A stretch of 64,000 nt of DNA from Escherichia phage St11Ph5: the sequence record NC_070873.1; one strand, 5' to 3'. Under the pieces are notes generated by a model that saw nothing but the letters and a program-made list of their open reading frames with translations, had not been told where the DNA came from and ran no database searches. Of this stretch, positions 17,070 to 27,769 are shown in pieces. Each line of letters begins with the position of its first letter. The first letter of the stretch is position 1. Position numbers and translations under genes: made by a program.

Positions 17070-19637
17070 ATGTTAGTTGCAGATACCAATGAAGTAGCTA
17101 CCTCAGCGACACTGGGTGGCAAAGAAACAATTGCCTTTGGCATCTCTGATGACCCGGCATTCTTCCATGTATTAAGTACTTCCCTGTATAACAATCCTAC
17201 TCTGGCAGTAGTTCGTGAAACTATCTGTAACAGTTGGGATGCTCATATAGAAGCTGGTAAGACTGATAATCCTATTCGTATCACTATTGATACAGACAAC
17301 TTTATTACCTTCCGTGATTACGGTAGTGGTATTCCAGATGAACTCATTGGTTCCATTTATGGTGTCTATGGTGCATCTACTAAGAAGTCCAACAGTAGTG
17401 TTACCGGTGGCTTTGGTCTGGGATGTAAATCTCCATTCGCTTATACAGATAGCTTCCAGGTTACTTCATGGAACCAAGGAAAGATGTCGGTATATAACAT
17501 AGCTAAGGCTGCAATTGAGAATGATGGTAAGCCTGGTATTGTTCCTATTGTTACTAACATTCCTACTGAGGAATCCGGTTTGGAAGTTAAATTTCAGTTA
17601 GGTAAACATGATGTAAATACCTTCGTACATTACATCACATCAATCGTATTTAATGGTGAGATTAAAGCTGAGCTTAGTATTCCTAAACTAGTTAAAACAG
17701 AAGCAGGAAATAGTATTCAACAAGGTGACTACACTTTACTGAATACGCTGGGAATGTCATTTGAACCTGGTTCATATGATATGTCTGATAGCTGGTATCA
17801 GGGCTATATGGGTAACAGTAACATATTCGTTCGTTACGGCAACGTAATGTACCCAATAGTATCTAGCCCAGCTAGTGAAGAAGCTGTAGGTCTTATCCTC
17901 AACTTTATGAACATCATTGGTGCATCTAATTTAGTAGTTCAGGCTGCACCGGATACTCTAGCTATTGCCCCTAGTCGAGAAACACTGTCTAATCAGAAGT
18001 TAACCGACGATGGTATTACTACTCTATGTGTAGATTTAGTAAACCGTATGGAGAAAGAGATTAAGGCTAAGATTCCTGAAGCTATTAAACAGGTTGAGGA
18101 ATACGCCTCTAAATCCCCTACTTGCTTCTGGACCTATCCATCTTTTATGCTTGCTGTTACAGACAGAATCGTTCAACGTTATATGTCCTCTAGTTTGTGG
18201 GCTAAGCAACGTAAGCATCACATCAAGCATTGGCGTAATCTATCCAATAAAGCATTATTAGCTCGTCCTGAATATGCAGGTCTTAAGAAACTGTATGGTA
18301 AGGCTATGCGTGCTCTTAAGGATACTCGTGAAGAAAGTACATACTCCCCATTCCATGAATTAGTATATCGCCATCTACACTTACCTCAGCTTGCTGCTTT
18401 AAAAGCTACTGGTATTAAGTGGTCTGGTTACATAGTGAACCAGGGTAACAGTATTGACTTGGAGAAGGGTAAACTCGCTGACTACTTTAGGATATTCCAT
18501 AACTCTCATCAGAGTATTGGCATATTCACTACCAAGAACGTTGTAGTTACCCGACGTTTATCTGATTGTGCAGACTCTTTCTCATACTTCCCCGAATACA
18601 ACCGAGGTGACCTGGAGCGTACAGCTTTTGTTCACTTAGTTGGTCCTAAGAAGGGTGCAGCAGAAGAAGCTGTATCTAAGTTCACTGCTATGGGTTATCG
18701 GGTGATTGACCTTACTCAATATAATGAGTGGGACAAACCAACCAACTACCGCAGAGAGCAGGCTAAGATAGCTGCTGAGAAACGGGCTAAGACAATAGCT
18801 GCCAATAAAACCAAAGCAGGAGGTAAAACTAATGCTCTGATTTCATTGAATGCAGTTCTCGGCACTACCCCTGTACGGAATAAAAGTGGGGATTGGGATT
18901 CTAAACCGTACATTGACAAGGATTTTACTGACCCGAGCTTCCATGAGAAATATGGTTTCGTTGAGGTAGAGCAGCCTAAGTACTATGTACTAGCCAATCA
19001 GATTAGTTCTGGTAGTCCAATAACTGCCCGTATTGGAACCATGTGGAAATGGTATGAGTTATCTGATGAGATGAAAGCAGAGACTGTTGTCTGTCGTAAT
19101 CAAATCGAGGCTAACAAAGCCAAACGACGAGGTGCTATCCACATTGATGATGTTCGCTTTAATGAGTTGATGTCAGTTATTACCAGTAAAGGCTTCAAGA
19201 AGTATGTTACTGAACACCGCATCGGTATTCTGGATTACATAGGACTGGATGACAGAGAGTACTGGGAAATCCTCGACATACTGGGTCTAACATTCAAACC
19301 GTTACAGAATCTGATTTTTAAACCAGAGTATGAATGGGCATATGACTTTCTACGGAGTCGACCACATGACAACAAAGAAAAACTTGTTGAAATGGGCTGT
19401 ATTAAATCAGTAGATGACTTAGAGCCATATAGAATGATGGCTAATCCACGTAATCATAAGTACTTTAAAATTCTTAATGATTACAAAGAATTATTCAGTC
19501 ATAGCTGGAATAAAAATGACATCCTACAGACGCTGGACTTAGGTAGTTTGGTAAAACACCTTAAGAAGAATCCAGAGGATATTCCTGGGTTTAAGTCCCT
19601 CTACCGTAACCGTCTAAATAAACTGAAAGGTAACTAA
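17070..19637 (+). CDS. rIIA-like protein with N-terminal GHKL-type ATPase motifs (855 aa)
   Basis: DYGSGIP and GGFGLG motifs (Bergerat/GHKL-like); size and position consistent with rIIA. Confidence 0.65.
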   Translation: MLVADTNEVATSATLGGKETIAFGISDDPAFFHVLSTSLYNNPTLAVVRETICNSWDAHIEAGKTDNPIRITIDTDNFITFRDYGSGIPDELIGSIYGVYGASTKKSNSSVTGGFGLGCKSPFAYTDSFQVTSWNQGKMSVYNIAKAAIENDGKPGIVPIVTNIPTEESGLEVKFQLGKHDVNTFVHYITSIVFNGEIKAELSIPKLVKTEAGNSIQQGDYTLLNTLGMSFEPGSYDMSDSWYQGYMGNSNIFVRYGNVMYPIVSSPASEEAVGLILNFMNIIGASNLVVQAAPDTLAIAPSRETLSNQKLTDDGITTLCVDLVNRMEKEIKAKIPEAIKQVEEYASKSPTCFWTYPSFMLAVTDRIVQRYMSSSLWAKQRKHHIKHWRNLSNKALLARPEYAGLKKLYGKAMRALKDTREESTYSPFHELVYRHLHLPQLAALKATGIKWSGYIVNQGNSIDLEKGKLADYFRIFHNSHQSIGIFTTKNVVVTRRLSDCADSFSYFPEYNRGDLERTAFVHLVGPKKGAAEEAVSKFTAMGYRVIDLTQYNEWDKPTNYRREQAKIAAEKRAKTIAANKTKAGGKTNALISLNAVLGTTPVRNKSGDWDSKPYIDKDFTDPSFHEKYGFVEVEQPKYYVLANQISSGSPITARIGTMWKWYELSDEMKAETVVCRNQIEANKAKRRGAIHIDDVRFNELMSVITSKGFKKYVTEHRIGILDYIGLDDREYWEILDILGLTFKPLQNLIFKPEYEWAYDFLRSRPHDNKEKLVEMGCIKSVDDLEPYRMMANPRNHKYFKILNDYKELFSHSWNKNDILQTLDLGSLVKHLKKNPEDIPGFKSLYRNRLNKLKGN

Positions 19638-19641
19638 TCTG

Positions 19642-21690
19642 ATGAAAATCGAACTGATTTCTATCATCGCACTGGCAGTTGACAGTCGTAATCTTACATT
19701 GTGGAAGCCTGATGGCTCCACGATTGTATATCCTCAGAGCGACCCACGGGTTGCTCGCATTGTATCTGAAGCACAAACCAAAGGTTTGGGAACTACTAAA
19801 GACCAGATAGAAGTAAACATTGCACCAGAAGCAAACCTGCGTACTGAATATCTGGAAGCAGAGAAGAACACTAATGGATTCGTCCGTTTCTTCAAGGTAG
19901 CTAAAGCTAAACTTAAAGAGTTCTTCCAGGATGGTACAGGTATCCAACCTGCACACATAGTCTCAGATATTAAGCTGGGTAATCCTACTAAGACATTAGT
20001 ATCTAAAGCCATGGATACCTTCCTGGCTGTGCAGGCTAATGAACCAGAAGTAACTGTAACAGACGGTTGCTACGACAGACGTGACAATCTGATGTGGGTT
20101 ACTGGCTGGGATAAGGACCATAACCATCCTGCACTGGTTCGCTTTATTAACGATGTATTGTATTGGGGTTATGCCCATACCGACCGTATTCTTGCACAAG
20201 AGTGGCCTATTGCAATCCGTGCAGTATCCGATGATGAAATGAGTGAGTTTGCTAAACAAGCTAAGCACATCAAAGGAGTACACATTGTATTTACCAGTCG
20301 TGATGTAACTCCATTTCCTTACGTAGAAGTAGCTAAAACTACGAACCAGGATAAACTGGCTGCTGCTTCTGAGAAGTTGGCTGCATTGGGGGCTATTAGC
20401 ACCGATGACGCTAACTTCCACACTGAAGTGAAAGAAGACGAAGTGGTTGTTGCTGTTACCAACAATGGGGTTATTCCTGGAGTTGAAAACCTGCATCGTC
20501 ACTTACGTCAGTCTGCCAAGCTGAAAGACTACAAGGGCTTTACTAAGTTCCTTGAGCGTCTGGCTCCGGTTATTAAAGACCGTCTGCACTCAGTAGAAGA
20601 CCTGATGAAGTTCATGGAGACTGCTGAATTACCTATTGCTGATGATGGTTCAATCCTGTTCCTCAAACGTCTTCAGTATAAAGACAAAGAAAATGGTAAA
20701 CGTGTATTCGTTGACTGTCACTCAGGTAACATTCGTCAGTGGGTAGGCTGCAAAGTGCAGGTACGTGAAGACCTGGTAGACCCTGACCGTCGTCAGGACT
20801 GCTCTAATGGTCTACACGTAGCATCCATGAGCTATATCCGTAGCTTCGGTGGTAACGTAACTATCCTTGGTAAAGTAGCACCAGAAGATGTATTTGCTGT
20901 TCCTCAGTACAGCACCAATAAGATGCGTGTATCTGCATATCATATTATTGCTGAACTACCAGAAGAGGAACGTAATAACGTTAACAACGGTATCTATCTG
21001 TCTAAGACAGAAGTAGGTAAGAAATTGCTTAACGATGCTATCGTTGGGAACCATAGTTCACCCACCACACTTATTATGGTTGGTGGTCATCGTGGAACTA
21101 ACCTCAAATACACCAATCTCACATCTGGTTCTGTAGAACAATTCCGTACAATTGCTAGTAAAGAAGCACTGAACATGGAAGAGTCACTGAATGAAGCTGT
21201 AGCTGCTGAACCAGTGAAGGCTACTGACCTTAAACCTGTTATTAAGAAGGCTCCTACTGTGAAAGAACAAATCCAGGAACTGGTCAAAGAGTTCCTTAGT
21301 GCAACAACACCGGAAGATAAGTTAGCTGCTGCTGACCTTCTGGTAGAACTGCGTTCCAAAGCCAGAAAGCCTTGGGGTGCATTCGATGTAGGTAGTGATG
21401 TAGTAGCTAAGATTGCTGATGTACGTGCAACCTATACAGCTAAACCTATTGGTAAACCTAAAGCTGTTAAGCAGGATAAGACAGTTAAACCCACTAAATC
21501 TAAGCCTGCTATTAATGGTACTAATGCCAATATCATCAGAGGTTATCTAGCAGATAGTGGTATGTCCGATTATCAGAAAGCCCACTCCATTCATGACCTG
21601 AAACGTGCAGCTAAGAAGTCATACGCTGCTATGGGTCTTACTGAAGAAGAGTGCAAAGCCATTGATAAACTGAAGCACCATCTTAAGTAA
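19642..21690 (+). CDS. rIIB-like protein (682 aa)
   Basis: Called mainly by synteny directly after the rIIA-like gene. Confidence 0.45.
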   Translation: MKIELISIIALAVDSRNLTLWKPDGSTIVYPQSDPRVARIVSEAQTKGLGTTKDQIEVNIAPEANLRTEYLEAEKNTNGFVRFFKVAKAKLKEFFQDGTGIQPAHIVSDIKLGNPTKTLVSKAMDTFLAVQANEPEVTVTDGCYDRRDNLMWVTGWDKDHNHPALVRFINDVLYWGYAHTDRILAQEWPIAIRAVSDDEMSEFAKQAKHIKGVHIVFTSRDVTPFPYVEVAKTTNQDKLAAASEKLAALGAISTDDANFHTEVKEDEVVVAVTNNGVIPGVENLHRHLRQSAKLKDYKGFTKFLERLAPVIKDRLHSVEDLMKFMETAELPIADDGSILFLKRLQYKDKENGKRVFVDCHSGNIRQWVGCKVQVREDLVDPDRRQDCSNGLHVASMSYIRSFGGNVTILGKVAPEDVFAVPQYSTNKMRVSAYHIIAELPEEERNNVNNGIYLSKTEVGKKLLNDAIVGNHSSPTTLIMVGGHRGTNLKYTNLTSGSVEQFRTIASKEALNMEESLNEAVAAEPVKATDLKPVIKKAPTVKEQIQELVKEFLSATTPEDKLAAADLLVELRSKARKPWGAFDVGSDVVAKIADVRATYTAKPIGKPKAVKQDKTVKPTKSKPAINGTNANIIRGYLADSGMSDYQKAHSIHDLKRAAKKSYAAMGLTEEECKAIDKLKHHLK

Positions 21691-21702
21691 TAGCCTGTTC
21701 AA

Positions 21703-21737
21703 ATAGCCTCACTTATAATAAAGTGAGGCTATCTTTG
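21703..21737 (+). terminator. stem-loop (12-bp stem), possible terminator
   Basis: ATAGCCTCACTT ... AAGTGAGGCTAT followed by CTTTG. Confidence 0.4.
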
Positions 21738-21752
21738 AAGAGGAAATAAGCT

Positions 21753-22148
21753 ATGTCTAAAGTATTCAGAAGTAATCGCAAAGCAACTGATGAAGACATC
21801 ATTCGTATGAATGCTGTTGGTCTGTCCCTCGCAACTATCGCTAAGACGTTGGGGGTTCACCCCACTACGGTTACTTTGCGATTGCGTTCTCTAAACATTG
21901 AACCAGCCGATACACGTCGGACGTTCATGGAAAACGTATTACGACCTTTACCAACCCATGTGGCTGATTGGCTATCAGAACAAGTTGGTCCTGCTTATGA
22001 GATTCGTTCATATGTAAGAGACTTGATTCTGGAGGCATATAACAATCGTCACCTTAACCAAGAGAGTGAGCATGACAAGTTCATCCGTTTGTACGCTGGC
22101 AAATACGGAAGCCTGGTTCCGGAAAGCAGTACCAAATCCGACGAGTAA
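21753..22148 (+). CDS. helix-turn-helix DNA-binding protein (131 aa)
   Basis: HTH-like segment AVGLSLATIAKTLGVHPTTVTLRLR. Confidence 0.5.
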   Translation: MSKVFRSNRKATDEDIIRMNAVGLSLATIAKTLGVHPTTVTLRLRSLNIEPADTRRTFMENVLRPLPTHVADWLSEQVGPAYEIRSYVRDLILEAYNNRHLNQESEHDKFIRLYAGKYGSLVPESSTKSDE

Positions 22149-22527
22149 GAACATTAGTACCCAGATGGGTTGCCATCTGGAAGAAGTAGAAGAAATGCTT
22201 CAGACCATTTATCCAAATGGTAGTTACGATGCAGAATTACTGCAACGTGCACAAGATGCCATTACAAATCTGGCAAACCATATGAAACGTAATGACGATG
22301 CTTATCGCATTGACGCTAGTACCAGTCTGCTGGACTCATTGGCTGACCAGATTGTTACAGCAACTGGCGTCGGTACTTTCCTTGGGATGAATGTCCCTGG
22401 AGCATTGGCTGAGGTCAATCGCTCAAACTATTCTAAGTTTGAAGATGGTGAGCCTGTCTTCAATGAGAATAAGAAAGTTATGAAAGGGAAAGACTACACT
22501 CCCCCGGATTTAACCCCTTACATCTAA
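22066..22527 (+). CDS. MazG-like nucleotide pyrophosphohydrolase (153 aa; start uncertain)
   Basis: LEEVEEML ... EVNRSNYSKF pattern typical of all-alpha NTP-PPase; overlaps the upstream ORF by 83 nt. Confidence 0.5.
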   Translation: MSMTSSSVCTLANTEAWFRKAVPNPTSKNISTQMGCHLEEVEEMLQTIYPNGSYDAELLQRAQDAITNLANHMKRNDDAYRIDASTSLLDSLADQIVTATGVGTFLGMNVPGALAEVNRSNYSKFEDGEPVFNENKKVMKGKDYTPPDLTPYI

Positions 22528-22548
22528 CCCTCTACGGAGGGTTTTTAC
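22526..22548 (+). terminator. intrinsic terminator (AACCCTC-TACG-GAGGGTT then TTTT)
   Basis: 7-bp stem, tetraloop, T-run. Confidence 0.65.
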
Positions 22549-22559
22549 TGGAGATTTTA

Positions 22560-23870
22560 ATGTTTTCCAAACCTACCAAAGCCCCGCTGAACAAGGGGCA
22601 AGAAGCGGTTGCGAAGGAGTTCTTCGACTTCCTGCTCAACCCTAATGCTACCGAATTCAATATTAGTGGCCCAGGGGGAACTGGCAAGACATTCCTGATG
22701 TCGCACCTCATTGATGACACAATGCCTGCATATATGGAAACTTGCTCCCTTATGGGAACCAAGCCTCTGTATAACGAAGTTGTTATGACTGCGACCACGA
22801 ACAAAGCTGCTGAAGTTCTGGCTCAGGCTACTGGACGTCCAACATCTACCTATCATTCCTTTCAGGGGCTGATTGTTAAAAATGACTTTAAGACTGGTGA
22901 GGCTAATGTCGTGCCGTCTAAATCATTCAATATTAAGAAGAACAAAATCATCTTCGTAGACGAAGCATCCATGATTGACCGTCAGTTACTTAAGTATGCT
23001 CGTGAAGGTACTCACCAGTGCAAACTGGTATTCGTAGGAGATGCTTCTCAGCTTCTGCCTGTTAAAGAGAATAAGTCTCCAGTGTATGCAGGTAATATCC
23101 CAACACACTATCTGACTGAACAGATGCGTACCGATGCACCGGAACTTAAAGCATTGCACCAGCAATTGCGTGATACGGTGGAAGGTAAGACAGGCTTCCT
23201 GCCTATTAAATGTATTCCAGGCATCATTGACTGGGTACAGGGAGAAGAGATGGAGAAACTGGTTCTCAGTCACTTCACTCAACCTACCAATAGCCGTATT
23301 GTTGCTTACACAAATGACCAGGTTATTAATTACAATAACTACATTCGTAAAGCCAATGGCTACGTGGGTGAATACTCCATTGGTGAACAGTTAGTTTCTA
23401 ACTCTGCTGTTCGCTTAGGTGTGGAAGACCGTCTGTCTATTGAGCAGGACGTAAAACTCATTGACCAGGATAGTAGTACTCGCATGATTCAGGTTACAGG
23501 TGACCTGGAACTGGAAGTTCGTGATAGTACTCTGGACCTTGGTTATGGTGGTATTGTAAGTGAAGTTCCAGTACCTACTGACCCAGACTACTTCAACCGT
23601 TTGGTTAAGTGGCTTGGTAAAGAGAAGAACTGGGAACCTTACTTCCGTCTTAAAGAAACCATTCCAGACCTGCGTGCTACTCATGCATGTACTGTCCATA
23701 AATCACAAGGCTCTACTTACGACACAATCTTCATTGATGCAGATGACCTCTCAAGCTGTCGCCAACCTGATATGGTTGCCCGTCTGCTTTACGTCGCTGT
23801 GTCCCGTGCACGTAAGCGAGTAGTGTTCTATGGCAATCTTGTCAGTAAGTATGGTGGTCTAACTTTCTAA
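22560..23870 (+). CDS. SF1 DNA helicase, Dda/RecD-like (436 aa)
   Basis: Walker A GPGGTGKT, Walker B FVDEASM, C-terminal TVHKSQGSTYD and VAVSRARK motifs. Confidence 0.8.
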   Translation: MFSKPTKAPLNKGQEAVAKEFFDFLLNPNATEFNISGPGGTGKTFLMSHLIDDTMPAYMETCSLMGTKPLYNEVVMTATTNKAAEVLAQATGRPTSTYHSFQGLIVKNDFKTGEANVVPSKSFNIKKNKIIFVDEASMIDRQLLKYAREGTHQCKLVFVGDASQLLPVKENKSPVYAGNIPTHYLTEQMRTDAPELKALHQQLRDTVEGKTGFLPIKCIPGIIDWVQGEEMEKLVLSHFTQPTNSRIVAYTNDQVINYNNYIRKANGYVGEYSIGEQLVSNSAVRLGVEDRLSIEQDVKLIDQDSSTRMIQVTGDLELEVRDSTLDLGYGGIVSEVPVPTDPDYFNRLVKWLGKEKNWEPYFRLKETIPDLRATHACTVHKSQGSTYDTIFIDADDLSSCRQPDMVARLLYVAVSRARKRVVFYGNLVSKYGGLTF

Positions 23871-23880
23871 GGGAGGATAT

Positions 23881-24411
23881 ATGCCTCAGATTGGTTCAGC
23901 GACTATTGGTCAAGTTGCCAATAGCAGTGAGATAGTCAAACACCTGTTCTTAGCAGAACTGGTTCGTCTTGATAGTGTGTTAAACGGTATCATTGATAAG
24001 AATGACCGTATCAATGGTATTGATGTATCGGCTGGATTCCTTTATCAAGGGGAGTTCTATCAACGTTCTAATGCTGCCAGACCCCCAACCTACGGAGAAC
24101 GATTAACACTTAATCCAGAACTATGGCCTGCAATGGACAAGTATCTGAAAGCCTCCAGCCGTCTGATTATGGAAGTACACCTCGTTAACCAGACTGTATA
24201 TCGCCTGGTTCGTGGTTGTATGTCCTATCAGGATGTACGTGATGCTTTACCTGAATGCCTGGTAGCCCAGGACCAGACTGGTAAGTACAAGGAACTGCCA
24301 CGTACTCGTGAAGCAGCCTGGACACTTGCTGGTGATGCTATGGCAATCAAGCAGTATGAGAAGATTCTGCCATCTATTGAGTACTATGCAGCTTCCCATC
24401 TGATTTTCTAA
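23881..24411 (+). CDS. hypothetical protein (176 aa)
   Basis: ORF after GGGAGG. Confidence 0.5.
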   Translation: MPQIGSATIGQVANSSEIVKHLFLAELVRLDSVLNGIIDKNDRINGIDVSAGFLYQGEFYQRSNAARPPTYGERLTLNPELWPAMDKYLKASSRLIMEVHLVNQTVYRLVRGCMSYQDVRDALPECLVAQDQTGKYKELPRTREAAWTLAGDAMAIKQYEKILPSIEYYAASHLIF

Positions 24412-24420
24412 GGTAAAGCT

Positions 24421-27000
24421 ATGCGTTACATCACCTCTCAAGATACGGGTAAGTATCCTATTGCTATCCTCGGTCATCAAATCCGAAGGGAGGAGATGAT
24501 TAAAACCTACCTGCTGCCTAATGACCTAAGTATGGAAGATTTCATCTTCATTGAACTTCATTCTGCCCCTGGTAAGAAGAAGACTCCTGCAAGGGAGATT
24601 AAGGAGTTCATACAGCAGGAACTGCAACAAGTACTGGATGATGCAGAGACTCAGTACATTATCTGTACCGATTCTGATTACTTTAAAATACTGACTAAAG
24701 AAGCTAAAGCAGAGGCTAACCTCGGCTATGTTTGTGACTCAGTATGGGGTAAGCAGAAGGTTATCTATGCACCTAGCTACAGACAGGTCTTTTATGACCC
24801 TCCTGTAGTGAAATCCAAGATTGCTCAGGGTATGGATGCATTACTTAACCACATTCGTGGACAGTATGCTGAACCAGGTCATGGAATCATTGAGTTTGAA
24901 GCCTACCCAGATACTCCGGAAAAGATTAAAGCCTGGTTAGACCAATTGCTTGAGATGAATAAGCCTCTGGCTATAGATATCGAAGCATTCGGTTTAAAAC
25001 ACTATAACGCCGGTATAGGGACAATTACATTCTGTTGGAGTAAGACACAAGGCATAGCCTTTAATGTGGACTACGAGCCGATTCCTGGAGCTACTGAAGC
25101 ACCTTATGGGCGTATCAACAGAAATGATATTGTTCGAAATCTTCTACGTGAGTTCTTCATTAAGTACACCCAACGGCAGATGTATCACAACATTAGCTAT
25201 GACGTGTATGTGCTTATCTATCAGTTATTCATGGATAATCTGATTGATACAGAAGGCTTACTGCATGGCATGGAAATCATGCTACGTAATTGGGACTGTA
25301 CTAAGTTAATCACCTACTTGGCTACTAACAGTTGTGCTGGTAATCACCTTAGTCTGAAAGACCAGGCTCAAGAGTATGCTGGTAACTATGCTCAGGATGA
25401 TATCAAAGACATCCGTCTTATTCCTAATGAGCAACTGTTACGCTACAACCTCATTGATGGTTTATGTACTTGGTACACCTATGAGAAGCACTGGGATACC
25501 TTGGTAGCTGATGACCAACTGGATGTTTACAACAACATCTTTAAGCCAGCTTGTGAAGACATCATCCAGATGCAATTAACCGGTATGCCTATGAATATGG
25601 ATACCGTTAACCAAGTAGCTAAGGAGATGGAAACTGACAGGAACCAAGCTCTGAAAACTATTCGTGAGTCTAAGCTCATGAAGAATTTCACCCTGATGCT
25701 TCGTCAGGAATGGGTAGATGATAAGAATGCTAAGCTCAAGAAGAAGCAGGTGACGCTTGCTGACTGTGACATCGAGTTTAATCCAAACTCCGGTCCACAA
25801 TTACAGAAGCTGTTATTTGATTATATTGGCTTACCGGTTCTTGGTCTTACTAAGAGCAAGCAACCTGCTACTGACGGTGACACTATTAAAGCACTGCGTA
25901 CACACACGCAGAGTGAAGATGTTAAGGAACTGCTCAATGCACTTATCGACTATAAGCTCGTGGATAAGATTATCACTAGCTTTATACCAGCTTTCAGGAA
26001 TGCCCAACCCGGGCCGGATGGATGGCACTACCTATTCGGCAACCTCAATCTGGGAGGCACAGTCTCCGGTAGGCTATCGGCTTCAGAGCCAAATCTACAA
26101 ACAATTCCATCCGGCTCTAAATATGCCAAGAAGATTAAGAAATGCTTCGAAGCTCCTCCAGGCTGGATATTTTGCGGCTTGGATTTCGCCTCGCTGGAAG
26201 ACAGAATCTCTGCACTAACTACTAAAGACCCACAGAAGCTTAAGGTATATACCGATGGCTATGATGGGCACAGTCTCCGTGCATATGCTTACTTTGGTGA
26301 GCAGATGCCAGACATAGAAGACACAGTAGAATCCATTAACTCCATTCAGCATAAGTACAAATCATTACGTAGTGACTCGAAGGCTCCAACCTTCTTGCTT
26401 ACCTATGGTGGTACGTATATGGGGTTAATGAAAAACTGTGGCTTCTCTGAAGAGAAAGCTAAGACTACAGAGAAGCGTTATCACGACCTCTATGTAGTTA
26501 GCGACCAGTGGGTTCAGGCTAAGCTAGACGAAGCTGCCAAAACTGGTTATGTTACTGCCGCATTCGGTTTGAGAGTGCGTACTCCTTTACTGGCTCAGGT
26601 TTTACGTGGGACATGTAAGACTCCGTATGAAGCAGAAGCAGAAGGCAGAACTGCTGGTAATGCTTTAGGGCAAAGCTGGTGTCTACTGAATAACCGTGCT
26701 GGTTCAGAATTTATGCGTAAAGTCAGAGCCAGTGAGTTCAGGTTAGATATACGTCCTAGTATTCATATTCACGATGCTCAGTACTTCATGATTCGTGACA
26801 ACATGGATACCTTGCAGTTCACGAACAAGCACTTGGTTGAGGCCGTTAACTGGCAAGACCATCCCGATATTGCTCATCCAGAAGTTGGTTTGGGTGGGGA
26901 ACTATCCTTGTTTTACCCAACGTGGGCTAACGAGATTGAAATTCCAAATCACGCTACCCCAGAAGAAGTTCATCAAATAATTCAAAAGGCATTCGCATGA
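24421..27000 (+). CDS. DNA polymerase, family A, with 3'-5' exonuclease domain (859 aa)
   Basis: Exo I LAIDIEAFG; motif A LDFASLEDRI; motif B RSDSKAPTFLLTYGG; motif C HIHDAQ. Confidence 0.85.
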   Translation: MRYITSQDTGKYPIAILGHQIRREEMIKTYLLPNDLSMEDFIFIELHSAPGKKKTPAREIKEFIQQELQQVLDDAETQYIICTDSDYFKILTKEAKAEANLGYVCDSVWGKQKVIYAPSYRQVFYDPPVVKSKIAQGMDALLNHIRGQYAEPGHGIIEFEAYPDTPEKIKAWLDQLLEMNKPLAIDIEAFGLKHYNAGIGTITFCWSKTQGIAFNVDYEPIPGATEAPYGRINRNDIVRNLLREFFIKYTQRQMYHNISYDVYVLIYQLFMDNLIDTEGLLHGMEIMLRNWDCTKLITYLATNSCAGNHLSLKDQAQEYAGNYAQDDIKDIRLIPNEQLLRYNLIDGLCTWYTYEKHWDTLVADDQLDVYNNIFKPACEDIIQMQLTGMPMNMDTVNQVAKEMETDRNQALKTIRESKLMKNFTLMLRQEWVDDKNAKLKKKQVTLADCDIEFNPNSGPQLQKLLFDYIGLPVLGLTKSKQPATDGDTIKALRTHTQSEDVKELLNALIDYKLVDKIITSFIPAFRNAQPGPDGWHYLFGNLNLGGTVSGRLSASEPNLQTIPSGSKYAKKIKKCFEAPPGWIFCGLDFASLEDRISALTTKDPQKLKVYTDGYDGHSLRAYAYFGEQMPDIEDTVESINSIQHKYKSLRSDSKAPTFLLTYGGTYMGLMKNCGFSEEKAKTTEKRYHDLYVVSDQWVQAKLDEAAKTGYVTAAFGLRVRTPLLAQVLRGTCKTPYEAEAEGRTAGNALGQSWCLLNNRAGSEFMRKVRASEFRLDIRPSIHIHDAQYFMIRDNMDTLQFTNKHLVEAVNWQDHPDIAHPEVGLGGELSLFYPTWANEIEIPNHATPEEVHQIIQKAFA

Positions 27001-27302
27001 CCAAAAGTACTAAAGAAACTGTAGTCAGAAAATATCATTGGATGGTAGCAGCACAGGTAGTATTCCAACTTCCTAAAGTGGATGATGGTTCCCTGCTTAC
27101 CATGAATACAATGTTGCTCACTGATGAACCTTATGTGACCTATAAAGATTTGGCCCGTGCCAATCACTCCCTGAAAATTAGTCTGGACCAACGCTTCGAT
27201 ACCTCAGTTGACTTGAAAGACATTGTTTACCTGTCTCTTAGCAACCTGGGTCTGATGTCTGAACCAGAGTTCCAGGCAAACATGATTCCTAAGGAGAAGT
27301 AA
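26997..27302 (+). CDS. hypothetical protein (101 aa)
   Basis: ATGA start/stop overlap with the polymerase gene. Confidence 0.45.
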   Translation: MTKSTKETVVRKYHWMVAAQVVFQLPKVDDGSLLTMNTMLLTDEPYVTYKDLARANHSLKISLDQRFDTSVDLKDIVYLSLSNLGLMSEPEFQANMIPKEK

Positions 27303-27769
27303 TGGCTAAGCTCTCCGGTGGATTGAATAACTGGTATGTAGTACCAGTTAAGCACCCTCAACGGAAAGAGCAAGAGCCATATCAAGCGGAGTGTGAGGAT
27401 ATTATCCAAGCACTGGGCATGACCTTCGATGAAGGTTGTGCCTTTAAAGCTCTATGGCGAAATGCTGCTGCCCGTATGGGTAATGGTAAACCAGGAAACA
27501 CTTCAGTATATGACGCTGAAAAGCTAGTTCATTACGCTAATCGTATTCTTACTAAGGAGAAGTTAGTAGATGAATTGCCTGCCACAGATACCACTGCTAT
27601 TGGGAGATGCTGGCATTACCCAGGAAATGGGAAGCCTTATATAACAACAAACTTTCAGTTCATTGAGGTAGCCTACAAAGGTGAGCTAGATAATATAGTC
27701 AGCTATAACTTCGATGAGGTAGAGGGTATTCGCTGGAACCAGGTGCATAAATACAGGATTACCTACTGA
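27302..27769 (+). CDS. hypothetical protein (155 aa)
   Basis: ORF, start abutting previous stop. Confidence 0.5.
   Translation: MAKLSGGLNNWYVVPVKHPQRKEQEPYQAECEDIIQALGMTFDEGCAFKALWRNAAARMGNGKPGNTSVYDAEKLVHYANRILTKEKLVDELPATDTTAIGRCWHYPGNGKPYITTNFQFIEVAYKGELDNIVSYNFDEVEGIRWNQVHKYRITY

Noticed and set aside
21753-22527. Possibility that the HTH ORF and the MazG-like ORF are one gene joined by a frameshift
   Set aside because: The MazG-like similarity begins near the proposed ATG at 22066 and the HTH protein looks complete; an 83-nt out-of-frame overlap is unusual but does not require a frameshift. Left as two genes with an uncertain start.
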